A stretch of DNA of 63,976 nucleotides, the filler included, from a candidate division WOR-3 bacterium (lineage in GTDB: Bacteria; SDB-A): NCBI GenBank assembly GCA_016934535.1. It is 4 parts of 4 records of this genome, joined end to end, with 100 filler letters (N's around TTAATTAATTAA, not from the genome) between each part and the next. Parts side by side here need not be neighbours in the genome. Positions count along the whole stretch, not along the records: positions 30,033 to 39,819 come from JAFGSQ010000027.1; positions 39,920 to 54,705 come from JAFGSQ010000028.1; 2 more parts are not named here. One strand, given 5' to 3'. The translations under genes and the position numbers were made by a program. The notes beneath the pieces were generated by a model, which had not been told where the DNA came from, searched no databases, and saw only the letters and a list, made by a program, of their open reading frames with translations. Shown here piece after piece: positions 31,339 through 41,130 of the stretch. Numbering within the stretch: position 1 is the stretch's first letter; each line of letters opens with the position of its first letter.

Positions 31339-34335
31339 CTATTTAACTATGAGAAGTTTCTCCGAAACACATTCTCCCTGGGCTTCCATCCTGAAAAAAT
31401 ACGCACCAGGATTGAGTGTTTGACCTCTGTCGTCTCTCCCGTCCCAGTAAATTGAATACTCGCCGGGATTCTGCGGGGCGTCTAAAAGTGTCCTGACTTT
31501 CTGCCCGGCGATGTTGTATACATTTATCTCGACATCTGTGGCTGTTCCTATGGTGTATTGGACAGTACCCTCGCCGGAAAGGGAGTTAAGATCTGATAGA
31601 CAACAGCTGAATTCAGTTGTTCCGGTTGTGATATTATCAAGTTGCTCCGAACCACCTAATGTTAAATTAACATCATCAATTTTAAGACCGCTAGTTGGAA
31701 TCGGACCGGTAGAATAACACCTGAATTCGATAATAAAAGAATTTGTTTTATTCAGTTTAGGAGTATTTTCAATTATCTGAGAAATATTGAGCGTGGTCAG
31801 ATTCCATCTATCACTCGGACCAGTGAAATCATAAACTTTTACAAAAGTTAAACCTGCATCGTCAGATAAATAAACGCCGTCTTCAATATTACCTGAGTTA
31901 TAATCCCACCATTTGAAATTCAACATTACCACTTGATTTATTATTGATAAATCACAATACAATCTCAATCCATTTTCTGAAGCAGGAAAATGAGGATTAA
32001 TCTCTTTTTTTGAATCGAGGGTTATATAATGTATGGTCTGGCTTTCAGAATAAACCTCCACTCTACCAAGGCTGTCAGAAATCTTTCTCCTCCAGCATCC
32101 GTCCCAACCCTCATCAAAATTACCATTATCATCATTTTCAAAACTTGTCCGATATGAACTGTTAAGCCATACAGGAACACGTTTAAAACTTGAGTCATAT
32201 GAATTATAATTCCAGCAGAAATAATTTAAACCACCCTCGCATCTATTATAAACATTTTTCCAGTAACTCAGATATTCATGATGCCAACCTACATTGCCGA
32301 TTAAAATAATATTTTTACCAAGAGCTTCAAGAGTAGGACCGAGTTCCGTAGGAAGGTCCCAAGCACAAACAGCATAATCGATATCTGTAGTTGCACTTAT
32401 CATAGACCAATCCATGCTGTTATATTCCATATTCGTTAAATTTCTCTTAATATAATCCTGATAACCGCTATACACATAAACCTTTATATCAGAATTACAT
32501 GATTTGTTAACCTCATTTACAACACTATCAATATCTCTTATAATCCAGGCAATACATTGGGTTTCAAATTCTATCCAGTCTCTGTGAAGTTTACCTAAAT
32601 CCATGTTTAAAACCGGTGTTTTCACTGCAAAATACAAATCGGCTGTCGATATCGACGTCCATGTACTTAACGATCCATGATAAAGCTTTCCATCTATGTA
32701 AGGTCCGGGATTAACTCCAATGTCCTTTGATGCGATTTTATAATATTCCGTACCATTTGGTTCACCTTCGTATTCAAGTACGATTGCGTATTCGGTATTT
32801 CTCTGAAGATCACAGGGCAAATCTATTGTAACTTCTTCTTCGAGAGCAGTAGTCGAAAACCTAAAACAGGCAAGTTCATTTTCTGATGGTTGACCATTGT
32901 TCATCATTGTTCTGATAGAAACCTTAATTGAAGCAGTGGTATTATTAAATTTCTTTACTTTCAAAATGATTGATGAAAGATGATCATAATCAGATGAAAA
33001 TAAAAAGGTTTGAGCAATCCTCATATTCGATTCATTGTCGCCTAAATATATATAATCATTTTCTTCATTTTGATAAATATCTGTTCTGCTCGGTAAATTT
33101 GGATAATACACATTAAACCACATATCTACAGATGGTTCGCTCATCCATCCTTCTGAGGTTAATTCTATTTTACTGTATAGCTGTCCTTCAGAATAATTGT
33201 CTTGTCTGCATCCTAATAAGTAGAACCAAGGATTTGGATTTTGTAATGGATTTCGATCTCTACTTCGGATAACTAATGCATATTGAGAATCAATATCGAG
33301 GAAACCAATTGAGTCAGGATCGAAATATACCTTAAATGAGTCTAATTCGTCTGAGGGATCAGTTACTTGAATTTGTTCCCCTACAACAAAACCCCGGTCA
33401 AAACTATGACCTGTTAACCAATTTATTCGGTCGGAACTTCCGAGAATTTGATCTAAATCAGGTCTCCCATTTTCATCAACTCTTGTAAGAAATATTTCTA
33501 GATCAGAACAAGGGGAAGAAATATCAGGTGGAATTTCTTGATTAATAACTCTCACTAAAAAAAGATCAACACAAGTAATTCGACTGTGAAGGGGTTTAAA
33601 AGTCTGGGCACATATTATATAATGATTACCTGTCTCTTCGGTTGGACCAATTATGTGATTATTGCTAAATAAACCCGTAGAACTGATGTCCAGTTCTGGA
33701 AAATTGAACTCCACTTCATCCATTGTCATTATAGTATCAAGCATGTATTTTTTTACAAAATGATCATTGTCGTTGGGATAATTTCTGAATGAAGACCGTT
33801 CTTTATAATCCCCATCTGAATTATTTATTTTATCAAGACTGAAGTCAGGTTCAAGCGGATGACTTCCGCCAGCATAAAATTCTTTATCAGGAAATACTGA
33901 ACTCTCTACCCCTTGAACAACAGCCGAAATATTTTCATAATTATTTATGAGAAATGACTTAAATTTATTCATATTCTTTATATATAGGTGTCTATTTAGT
34001 AAATCATATGGGTGCTTGAATAAAAAATTAAAAGGACCGTAAGGAAAATGCATATATAAAATTACATCGATATTTTTTGCAGTAAAAAGAGGAAAGTAAG
34101 CTTTCCAAGTAGAATCCAGCATAACATGCGTAAAACCTCTCAACCTCAAAGTATCAATTCTGGCATTTATTGCTTCATCAGTAAGCGCAGACCCATCTGG
34201 ATGATCAAATATTGACTCTCCTCTCCAGTATATCGCCTGCTTGGGTTCGGAGAAGGAGAGAGAGGTCAGTAAAAACAGCAATAACAATGAACAGAACAAC
34301 AGTTTTTTGGGCAGAGATAAATATTTCATGGACAT
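31339..34335 (-). CDS. Large secreted multidomain protein with T9SS/FlgD-like C-terminal domain
   Basis: Start MSMKYL after GGCGGTG; signal peptide; two internal AQTF repeats; C-terminal VYNIAGQKVRTL...WDGRDDRG...GAYF. Confidence 0.85.
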   Translation of the reverse strand: MSMKYLSLPKKLLFCSLLLLFLLTSLSFSEPKQAIYWRGESIFDHPDGSALTDEAINARIDTLRLRGFTHVMLDSTWKAYFPLFTAKNIDVILYMHFPYGPFNFLFKHPYDLLNRHLYIKNMNKFKSFLINNYENISAVVQGVESSVFPDKEFYAGGSHPLEPDFSLDKINNSDGDYKERSSFRNYPNDNDHFVKKYMLDTIMTMDEVEFNFPELDISSTGLFSNNHIIGPTEETGNHYIICAQTFKPLHSRITCVDLFLVRVINQEIPPDISSPCSDLEIFLTRVDENGRPDLDQILGSSDRINWLTGHSFDRGFVVGEQIQVTDPSDELDSFKVYFDPDSIGFLDIDSQYALVIRSRDRNPLQNPNPWFYLLGCRQDNYSEGQLYSKIELTSEGWMSEPSVDMWFNVYYPNLPSRTDIYQNEENDYIYLGDNESNMRIAQTFLFSSDYDHLSSIILKVKKFNNTTASIKVSIRTMMNNGQPSENELACFRFSTTALEEEVTIDLPCDLQRNTEYAIVLEYEGEPNGTEYYKIASKDIGVNPGPYIDGKLYHGSLSTWTSISTADLYFAVKTPVLNMDLGKLHRDWIEFETQCIAWIIRDIDSVVNEVNKSCNSDIKVYVYSGYQDYIKRNLTNMEYNSMDWSMISATTDIDYAVCAWDLPTELGPTLEALGKNIILIGNVGWHHEYLSYWKNVYNRCEGGLNYFCWNYNSYDSSFKRVPVWLNSSYRTSFENDDNGNFDEGWDGCWRRKISDSLGRVEVYSESQTIHYITLDSKKEINPHFPASENGLRLYCDLSIINQVVMLNFKWWDYNSGNIEDGVYLSDDAGLTFVKVYDFTGPSDRWNLTTLNISQIIENTPKLNKTNSFIIEFRCYSTGPIPTSGLKIDDVNLTLGGSEQLDNITTGTTEFSCCLSDLNSLSGEGTVQYTIGTATDVEINVYNIAGQKVRTLLDAPQNPGEYSIYWDGRDDRGQTLNPGAYFFRMEAQGECVSEKLLIVK

Positions 34336-34675
34336 CAGATCACCGCCTTTCTGTTTGTGCAGACCTTGTGTAAATTTCAATTTACCCAATGAACTAAACA
34401 ATTCCAGAGAAATTGCTTCGTAATTGTCTGCATTTTTTATGAAACTTTGGACGACAACCACATAGTTTTGTATTCTAATACTTTTATAAACTTTGTCAAT
34501 TCAAAATATACAATAATATGTTAAATTGAATTATTACTGATTATTTGATTTATTACAAATTATCGACGAATATGACAAAATATTGAATAACCTTTTTTCT
34601 ATTATCTATTAACAATGATAACTAAATATTCGTATAAAAGACTTTACAAAGCCTTTTAATAATGTTATGTACCGA

Positions 34676-34772
34676 TAACTCCGAGTCTTTGGGGCTAAAA
34701 CCATGGGGGTCACGCCCGAAGAACGTCAGGGTTGGACCGGAAACAGTCCAGCCTTCCACCTTTGAAAAGGAG
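34676..34772 (+). ncRNA. Moco/Wco (molybdenum/tungsten cofactor) riboswitch-like element
   Basis: ACTCCGAG...CTAA...ATGG...CAGGGTTGGAC-GGAAA-GTCCAGCCTTCC...TTTGAAAAGGAG follows the Moco motif layout; CTCC pairs with the SD GGAG. Confidence 0.75.
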
Positions 34773-34866
34773 AAAATTAATATGGAATTATTCACGAGAA
34801 GCCAGTCCCCTTAAGAGCATTTTCCCCGCGAATTTCTAAAATCCAAAACAAACACGAGGAGTGTAT

Positions 34867-36495
34867 ATGAACAATGCAGTATTCAATTTTGACGTCCCCC
34901 AGAACGAACCCATTTATGAATATTCAAAAGATTCAAAGGAAAGAGAAGCCCTCGTCAAAGAGCTGGATAAACAGGCTTCGGAAAAGATAGACATCCCTTT
35001 GATAATCGGCGGAAAAGAGGTAAGGACAGGCGACACCGGAAATGTCGTCATGCCGCATCTCCATTCGCACGTTTTGGCAACCTACCACAGAGCAGGAAAA
35101 AAGGAAGTTTCTCGGGCAATAGATGAGGCGAAGAAGGCAAAAGATGAATGGATGAACATGTCCTGGACGGAAAGAGCGTCCATTATGCTGAAAGCGGCAG
35201 AGCTTCTTTCAAAAAAATATAGATACCTGATAAACGCTTCGACGATGCTCGGGCAGGGCAAAAACGCTTTCCAGGCAGAAATTGACGCGGCGTGCGAGAC
35301 CATCGACTTTCTGAGATTCAACGCAAATTACATATCAATAATATACAACGAACAGCCGAAATCCTCACAGGGCATTCTCAACAGGATGGAATACAGGCCA
35401 CTGGAAGGTTTCATTTACACGATTTCACCCTTCAACTTCACCGCGATTGCCTCAAATCTCAACATGGCGCCGTGCCTCATGGGAAACACGATGGTCTGGA
35501 AACCGGCCTCCACTTCGCTTCTTTCGAATTACTATCTCATGAAAATCTTCATGGAAGCCGGTATACCGGCCGGAGTGATAAATTTTCTGCCGGGATCCGG
35601 TAGCACGATCAGCGAAGTCGCGCTTTCTGACAGAGAACTCTCAGGAATTCATTTCACGGGATCGAACGCGACCTTCAACACATTGTGGAAAACCGTCGCA
35701 CAGAACCTCGACAAATACAGGTCGTACCCTAAAGTTGTAGGTGAAACAGGAGGTAAAGATTTCATTTTTGCCCATTGTTCGGCAATTCCGGAACAAGTCG
35801 CCACGGCAATTGTCAGAGGCGCATTTGAATACCAGGGTCAGAAATGTTCTGCCGCTTCCCGCGCTTACATTCCCCGTTCCATGTGGAAACAGGTCAAAGA
35901 AAAAATCATCTCCGACATCGGGAAGATTAAAATAGGAGACGTCAGAGATTTCACCAATTTTGTCAATGCAGTCATCGACAAGAATTCCTTCGACAATATT
36001 GTCGGATACATAGAAAATGCGAGAAAAAGCCCCGAAGCCGACATTATTGCCGGCGGCAAGTACGACGATGGAACCGGATATTTCATCCATCCGACGGTTA
36101 TCGAAGTTAAGAATCCTCATTTCATAACCATGGAAGAAGAAATGTTCGGTCCAGTAATGTCCATTTTTGTCTACGACGACGACAAGTACGAAGAAACACT
36201 GAAGATTTGCGATTCTACTTCACCTTACGGTCTGACCGGTTCAATATTCTCCCAGGACCGCTCAATGTCTGTTAAAGCCTGCAGGTATCTCAGATACGCC
36301 GCCGGAAATTTCTACTACAACGACAAACCGACGGGGGCAATGGTCGGACAACAGCCTTTCGGCGGATCCAGAGCATCCGGAACAAATGATAAATCCGGAA
36401 GTTATTTGAATCTATTACGCTGGACAAATCCGAGAACCGTTAAAGAAACTTTCCTCCCACCGGAAAATTTTGAATATGATTACATGAAAGAATGA
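34867..36495 (+). CDS. pruA: L-glutamate gamma-semialdehyde (P5C) dehydrogenase
   Basis: GQGKNAFQAEIDA, SPFNFTAI, FTGS, GETGGKDF, FEYQGQKCSA and QQPFGGSRASGTNDK. Confidence 0.95.
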   Translation: MNNAVFNFDVPQNEPIYEYSKDSKEREALVKELDKQASEKIDIPLIIGGKEVRTGDTGNVVMPHLHSHVLATYHRAGKKEVSRAIDEAKKAKDEWMNMSWTERASIMLKAAELLSKKYRYLINASTMLGQGKNAFQAEIDAACETIDFLRFNANYISIIYNEQPKSSQGILNRMEYRPLEGFIYTISPFNFTAIASNLNMAPCLMGNTMVWKPASTSLLSNYYLMKIFMEAGIPAGVINFLPGSGSTISEVALSDRELSGIHFTGSNATFNTLWKTVAQNLDKYRSYPKVVGETGGKDFIFAHCSAIPEQVATAIVRGAFEYQGQKCSAASRAYIPRSMWKQVKEKIISDIGKIKIGDVRDFTNFVNAVIDKNSFDNIVGYIENARKSPEADIIAGGKYDDGTGYFIHPTVIEVKNPHFITMEEEMFGPVMSIFVYDDDKYEETLKICDSTSPYGLTGSIFSQDRSMSVKACRYLRYAAGNFYYNDKPTGAMVGQQPFGGSRASGTNDKSGSYLNLLRWTNPRTVKETFLPPENFEYDYMKE

Positions 36496-36504
36496 TTTTC
36501 AATC

Positions 36505-36536
36505 TGAAAGAAAGGGGGCTTTCCCCCTTTCTTTCA
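36505..36536. terminator. Bidirectional intrinsic terminator
   Basis: Perfect 14-bp stem TGAAAGAAAGGGGG-CTTT-CCCCCTTTCTTTCA between pruA and trpB2. Confidence 0.85.
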
Positions 36537-37904
36537 ATAAAAAACCGGTTTAGGATGATCTTTGATTTCAGAAAGAGACCTCAAAAGATATTCTTCCTCA
36601 AGTTTGAAATCGACATTATTCCCGTTCATATGCGACTCATAAAATTTAAGGTCGAGCAGACCATGACCGCTCAAACAGAAAAGAATCACTTTTTCCTTCT
36701 CTTCTTCTCTCGCTTTTACGGCTTCTTCTACAACACATGCGAGAGCGTGTGAAGTTTCAGGCGCGACCAGTATTCCTTCGGTCCTGGCAAAGACGTGCGC
36801 GGCAGTAAAGCATTCGCTTTGCCTGAAAGATCTTGCCTCTACGAGGTTTTCTTTTATCGCTTTGGAAAGAAGAGGGGCGGCTCCATGGTAACGGAGACCA
36901 CCGGCATGTATAGGCGGCGGTATGAATTTGTGACCCAGTGAATACATTGCAAGAAGAGGCGTCATACCGGCGCAGTCTCCGAAATCATAGACAAATGGTC
37001 CTCTTGTCAGAGTAGGGCATGATTCAGGTTCGCACGCAATGATGCTGATGCTGTCTCCTTCAATTTTATCTTTTATGAAAGGAAAACCAAGACCAGCAAA
37101 ATTGCTTCCTCCTCCGACACAGCCGATTACAGTGTCTATTTTATTTTCACCTATTTTAGCGAGTTGTTTTTTTGCCTCGAGACCTATGACTGTCTGATGT
37201 AACATAACAAAATTTAAAACGCTTCCCAAAGAATATTTGGTTTTTACTTTTTTGTCGTTTACGGCTTCCTCGATGGCTTCACTCACTGCCATACCAAGGC
37301 TTCCCGGAGAATCAGGATCTTCTTCGAGCATCTTTCTTCCGAAAGAAGTCTCATGGCTCGGACTCGCAACGCAAGTAGCGCCCCAGACGTTCATCAGCGT
37401 CTTTCTGAATGGTTTTTGGTCGTAACTTACTCTGACCATGAAGACTTTGCACTCCATATTGAGAAGTGAACAGGCGAAAGCGAGAGCGCTGCCCCATTGA
37501 CCCGCTCCGGTTTCAGTCGTTATTTTTTCCGTCCCCTCCTTTTTGTTGTAATAGGCCTGGGCGATGGCAGTGTTAGGTTTGTGACTGCCTGTTGGAGATA
37601 CACTCTCATTTTTGAAAAATATCTTGGCGGGCGTTTTCAGGTACTCTTCAAGCCCGCGCGCCCTGCTCAACGGCGTAGGCCTCCATTTCAAAAGAGTTTC
37701 TAAAACTTCTTTCGGTATTTCAATCCACCTATCAAGGCTCATCTCCTGCTCTATTAGCGATCTTGGAAAAATTACTTCGAGGTCTTCGGGTTTGACCGGA
37801 TTTCCTCTATTGTCGACCGGCGGATGTGTTCCATTCAAATCTCCCGCAAGATTGTACCACTTAAGAGGTATTTCACTGTCTTCTAATACCGATTTATAAT
37901 ACAC
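36534..37904 (-). CDS. trpB2: TrpB-like PLP-dependent enzyme (TrpB2)
   Basis: [42 protein letters not shown] and LSGHGLLD. Confidence 0.95.
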   Translation of the reverse strand: MYYKSVLEDSEIPLKWYNLAGDLNGTHPPVDNRGNPVKPEDLEVIFPRSLIEQEMSLDRWIEIPKEVLETLLKWRPTPLSRARGLEEYLKTPAKIFFKNESVSPTGSHKPNTAIAQAYYNKKEGTEKITTETGAGQWGSALAFACSLLNMECKVFMVRVSYDQKPFRKTLMNVWGATCVASPSHETSFGRKMLEEDPDSPGSLGMAVSEAIEEAVNDKKVKTKYSLGSVLNFVMLHQTVIGLEAKKQLAKIGENKIDTVIGCVGGGSNFAGLGFPFIKDKIEGDSISIIACEPESCPTLTRGPFVYDFGDCAGMTPLLAMYSLGHKFIPPPIHAGGLRYHGAAPLLSKAIKENLVEARSFRQSECFTAAHVFARTEGILVAPETSHALACVVEEAVKAREEEKEKVILFCLSGHGLLDLKFYESHMNGNNVDFKLEEEYLLRSLSEIKDHPKPVFY

Positions 37905-37958
37905 GTTATTCTCCTTTTTGGAATTTTTGATTATTGGGGATTGTTGGATTATTACACG

Positions 37959-37987
37959 AAAAATATGCGGGCGGTCAGACCGCCCAC
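37959..37987 (-). terminator. Putative attenuator terminator overlapping the trpR Trp codons and stop
   Basis: Minus strand GUGGGCGGU-CUG-ACCGCCCGC followed by AUAUUUUU. Confidence 0.65.
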
Positions 37988-38280
37988 CAGATCCAGAGAG
38001 CCGATATGACTGCCGGTTTTAGTACATTCAATCCTCGTTTTAGAGCCGAATTTCTTTTTCCAAGTTCTTTCGAACCTCGCGTTATCTTGCAAAGACTCAG
38101 TCCTAATTTTTTCGATATTTTTCTCTGGCTCAATCCGCAAGCAAGCATTTTTGAAAGCTCCCAGCGGGAAGAAATCATTTTTATCTCGTCTTTTGTCAAA
38201 AGAGCCCGTAAAAAAGAACAAGCGATTTCCGGGTCGCTCATTTCGCTCAACACGATTGATATTTCTTTTAATTTGTCCAT
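37975..38280 (-). CDS. trpR: Trp repressor family regulator with Trp-rich C-terminal tail
   Basis: LLTKDEI..ISSRW and [26 protein letters not shown]; ends ALWIWWAV; upstream of trpB2. Confidence 0.88.
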   Translation of the reverse strand: MDKLKEISIVLSEMSDPEIACSFLRALLTKDEIKMISSRWELSKMLACGLSQRKISKKLGLSLCKITRGSKELGKRNSALKRGLNVLKPAVISALWIWWAV

Positions 38281-38281
38281 A

Positions 38282-38322
38282 ATGTTTCTACAAATAGAAA
38301 CATGTTTATACAGATTTGTCAA
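38282..38322 (-). promoter_or_regulatory. Putative TrpR operator/promoter
   Basis: Palindrome ATGTTTCTA-CAAA-TAGAAACAT (38282-38303) just upstream of the trpR ATG; TTGACA on the minus strand at 38317-38322. Confidence 0.6.
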
Positions 38323-38424
38323 CTTTGAGATAGAATGCAAACACAATTATTTTCGGAATCCTTGCCTCAGCATGTTAAAGAAATTATTATTTAATACAAA
38401 AATACAGGACATAAGGAGGTCAAA

Positions 38425-38691
38425 TTGGAAGAAAATTCAAATCAAGAAAAATTTGAAGTAAGAGGCGAAGACCTCATCAAAAAAATCAACGAAATTCTAA
38501 AAGAGGGAAACGCGAAACGGATAATTATCCAAAACGAAAAAGGCGAGACTGTCGCCGAGTTTCCTTTGAGTGTAGGTGTCGTTGGTGTATTTCTATCTCC
38601 AATGTTAGCGGCGGCAGGAGCCATAGCCGCGCTGGCGACAAAATGCACGATAATTGTTGACAGGAAAAAAACACCCATCAAGGAGGATTAA
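38425..38691 (+). CDS. DUF4342 domain-containing protein
   Basis: LIKKINEILKEGNAKRIII...EFPLSVGVVG...AALATKCTI pattern; AGGAGG RBS with TTG start. Confidence 0.85.
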   Translation: MEENSNQEKFEVRGEDLIKKINEILKEGNAKRIIIQNEKGETVAEFPLSVGVVGVFLSPMLAAAGAIAALATKCTIIVDRKKTPIKED

Positions 38692-39525
38692 TTGTTAATA
38701 TTTATGCTTCTTGTTTTGCTTTTTCCGCTGATTTCCTGTTCAAAAGACAATAAGCCGTTAGGAGACCCTTCTTTGCTTCCATCGGACGTCCTTGCAAATT
38801 ACTTTATCGCACTCGAAAGTGAGGATTATGAAAGCGCAGTCTCCATGCTTTCCTCGCACACTATCGAAGTTATGTCTGATGCGCTAAGGGATGACTTAAA
38901 CGAAAAAAAGCGGTTGGTAAAAGACGATTCCATCCTGAACCACAAAATTCAATCGCTTTTAGGCTTGCCGATAGAGGAAGCTCTTGTCAAAGAGAATTCT
39001 CAACTCATTGCTTTGTATATTGAAAAACTTCCTAAATATTTCGAATTTGACCCGAATTATTCTATTGTCAAGGAAGAAATAATTGACAGCACAAGAGCTT
39101 TTATTTGTCTCTTGTATCAAAACGGTGCGGAAGACACAGTTTTTTTTGAAGGACTCAATGGGAACTGGAAAATAGATTTTTCGTGCCTTGTCGAACTTTA
39201 TTCATTCAAAAAACAGGTCCTCGAAAACGCTCACACAATTCAACTCGCAGTTGAAGAGTTTCTTTATTTTGCTGACAGCAGAGGATATCCCCTGACTAAA
39301 GAAGAGATGAATCTTCCAGAAGGATTGATCAATCCATTTAACGGAGACACAGCTTTCCTCATCATTAAAGAAACACCCGATCAAATAGAATATCCGGCTC
39401 TTGAAGGCTACGTTACATATTTTGTAAGGACCGATTCCTTGTACTATCTCATAACAGCTCATGGAAAAAACGGTATAATTCTCATTGAGCTTTATCCCAT
39501 GCCGGAGATACCAGCGGAAAATTGA
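38692..39525 (+). CDS. Hypothetical lipoprotein
   Basis: Lipobox-like LISC after a hydrophobic N-terminus; AGGAGG RBS. Confidence 0.7.
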   Translation: MLIFMLLVLLFPLISCSKDNKPLGDPSLLPSDVLANYFIALESEDYESAVSMLSSHTIEVMSDALRDDLNEKKRLVKDDSILNHKIQSLLGLPIEEALVKENSQLIALYIEKLPKYFEFDPNYSIVKEEIIDSTRAFICLLYQNGAEDTVFFEGLNGNWKIDFSCLVELYSFKKQVLENAHTIQLAVEEFLYFADSRGYPLTKEEMNLPEGLINPFNGDTAFLIIKETPDQIEYPALEGYVTYFVRTDSLYYLITAHGKNGIILIELYPMPEIPAEN

Positions 39526-39538
39526 TAACATGAAAATA

Positions 39539-39559
39539 AGCGCGGCTCGACGCCGCGCT
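39539..39559. terminator. Hairpin between convergent genes
   Basis: AGCGCGGC-TCGAC-GCCGCGCT. Confidence 0.6.
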
Positions 39560-39566
39560 GGAAATT

Positions 39567-39819
39567 TCAATCGGCAAAAATTATTTTGTCTGTGTATATT
39601 CCTTCCCCGGCTTCAATACTGAAAAAATACACTCCCGGAGAGACAGTTTCACCCCTATCGTTTTTTCCTTCCCAATACAGTCGGTGAATTCCCTCTGAAA
39701 TATTACCGAAACGATCTTCTCTGACGAGTCTTCCGCTTAAATCGTGAACTTTAAATATGACAGAAGTACGGCAGGGTAAAGAGAGCTCGATTTCAATTTT
39801 CCTGTTGAAAATATTCGAA
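39567..39819 (-). CDS. 3' fragment of a T9SS/FlgD C-terminal domain protein (cut by contig end)
   Basis: Manual translation: ...VHDLSGRLVR...YWEGKNDRGETVSPGVYFFSIEAGEGIYTDKIIFAD*. Confidence 0.8.
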
Positions 39820-39919
39820 NNNNNNNNNNNNNNNNNNNNNNNNNNNNNNNNNNNNNNNNNNNNTTAATTAATTAANNNNNNNNNNNNNNNNNNNNNNNNN
39901 NNNNNNNNNNNNNNNNNNN
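39820..39919. other. Artificial contig linker
   Basis: 100-nt N-run with TTAATTAATTAA. Confidence 0.97.
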
Positions 39920-40007
39920 GGTTGCGATGGAAAAAGGACTCAGATTCGCCATAAGGGAAGGCGGAAAGACCGTAGGCGCAGGCGTAGTCACGGAAATATT
40001 GGAATAA
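39920..40007 (+). CDS. tuf: Elongation factor Tu, 3' end only
   Basis: VAMEKGLRFAIREGGKTVGAGVVTEILE*. Confidence 0.95.
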
Positions 40008-40022
40008 ACAAGGACGAATAAA

Positions 40023-40175
40023 ATGCCGAGAGAGATAATTGTTCTGGCTTGCGGTCAATGCAAGAGAAGAAATTACACGACGAAGAAAAACAAAAAGAAA
40101 CACACAGGCAGGGTAGAGTTCAAGAAATTCTGCTCTTTTTGCAACAAAAGAGTCGGACACAAAGAAACAAAATAA
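40023..40175 (+). CDS. rpmG: 50S ribosomal protein L33 (zinc-binding type)
   Basis: Manual translation [50 protein letters not shown]. Confidence 0.95.
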   Translation: MPREIIVLACGQCKRRNYTTKKNKKKHTGRVEFKKFCSFCNKRVGHKETK

Positions 40176-40176
40176 T

Positions 40177-40250
40177 AGGCCTGTAGCTCTAATTGGTAGA
40201 GCGTCGGACTCCAAATCCGGTGGTTGCAGGTTCGAATCCTGCCAGGCCTG
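40177..40250 (+). tRNA. tRNA-Trp (CCA); 3' CCA not encoded
   Basis: Cloverleaf: AGGCCTG/CAGGCCT acceptor, GCTC/GAGC D-stem, anticodon CCA at 40211-40213, GTTCGAATC T-loop. Confidence 0.97.
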
Positions 40251-40280
40251 AAAATTAACTTTTTGTCGGAAGGAAACCTA

Positions 40281-40484
40281 ATGAAGGCTGTTTTGCAAAT
40301 ATTCAAAAAGATGAAAAATTTTCTTTTTGAATCCAAACAGGAGCTGGGCAGAGTATCTTGGCCCTCAAAACAGGAACTTTGGGATTCGACGATGGTCGTA
40401 ATTTTCGTGTCGATAATGCTCGCGGTGTTCGTAGGGATTTTCGATAGAATTTTCACGACTCTCGTAAGTTTGATTGTAAGGTAG
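40281..40484 (+). CDS. secE: Preprotein translocase subunit SecE
   Basis: ELGRVSWPSKQEL plus a TM helix; lies between tRNA-Trp and nusG. Confidence 0.93.
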   Translation: MKAVLQIFKKMKNFLFESKQELGRVSWPSKQELWDSTMVVIFVSIMLAVFVGIFDRIFTTLVSLIVR

Positions 40485-40486
40485 AA

Positions 40487-41116
40487 ATGGATCACGAAGA
40501 AACCTCTGAAGATTTAAAACAAGACGGTTCCGAAAACGCGGCGGAAAAACCTGTCGAAGACCTCGTGGAAGATGCCGAGGCTAAATGGTTCACCATACAC
40601 GTCTATTCGGGTTCCGAAAAAAAAGTTGAAAAAATGATACTGGAAATGGTTAAGGAAAATGCTGAAATAGGTAAAAACATTCACGAAGTTTACACACCGA
40701 TAAAGAAGAGTTCAAAAGTTATAAGAAGCAGTAAATCCGTGAAAAGAGTCGTGAAGCCGAAAAACCTTTATCCCGGTTATATTTTTATCAGGATGAGACC
40801 GGAAAAAGAGGTGATCAGCATGATTTCTGATCTACCCAATGTCATCAGTTTTCTCGGAGGCAAGAATCCTATACCACTCAAAGGCCTCGAAGAGGGTGAA
40901 CTCAAGCAGCTGAGGGAAGAAGGCGACAAAATCGTTAAACTCACTGCTCCATTTGCCGTAAACGACAGTGTGAAGATAGTAAGCGGTCCGTTTTCGGATT
41001 TTATCGGAGTCGTGGAAAACGTGAACGAAGAAAAACAGAGATTAAAAGTTGTTGTCACTATATTCGGAAGATCTACACCGGTTGAAGTTGATTTCATAGA
41101 CGCTCAACCAGTTTAA
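40487..41116 (+). CDS. nusG: Transcription termination/antitermination factor NusG
   Basis: [26 protein letters not shown] and [12 protein letters not shown]. Confidence 0.96.
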   Translation: MDHEETSEDLKQDGSENAAEKPVEDLVEDAEAKWFTIHVYSGSEKKVEKMILEMVKENAEIGKNIHEVYTPIKKSSKVIRSSKSVKRVVKPKNLYPGYIFIRMRPEKEVISMISDLPNVISFLGGKNPIPLKGLEEGELKQLREEGDKIVKLTAPFAVNDSVKIVSGPFSDFIGVVENVNEEKQRLKVVVTIFGRSTPVEVDFIDAQPV

Positions 41117-41130
41117 AAAAGGGGACCTCG

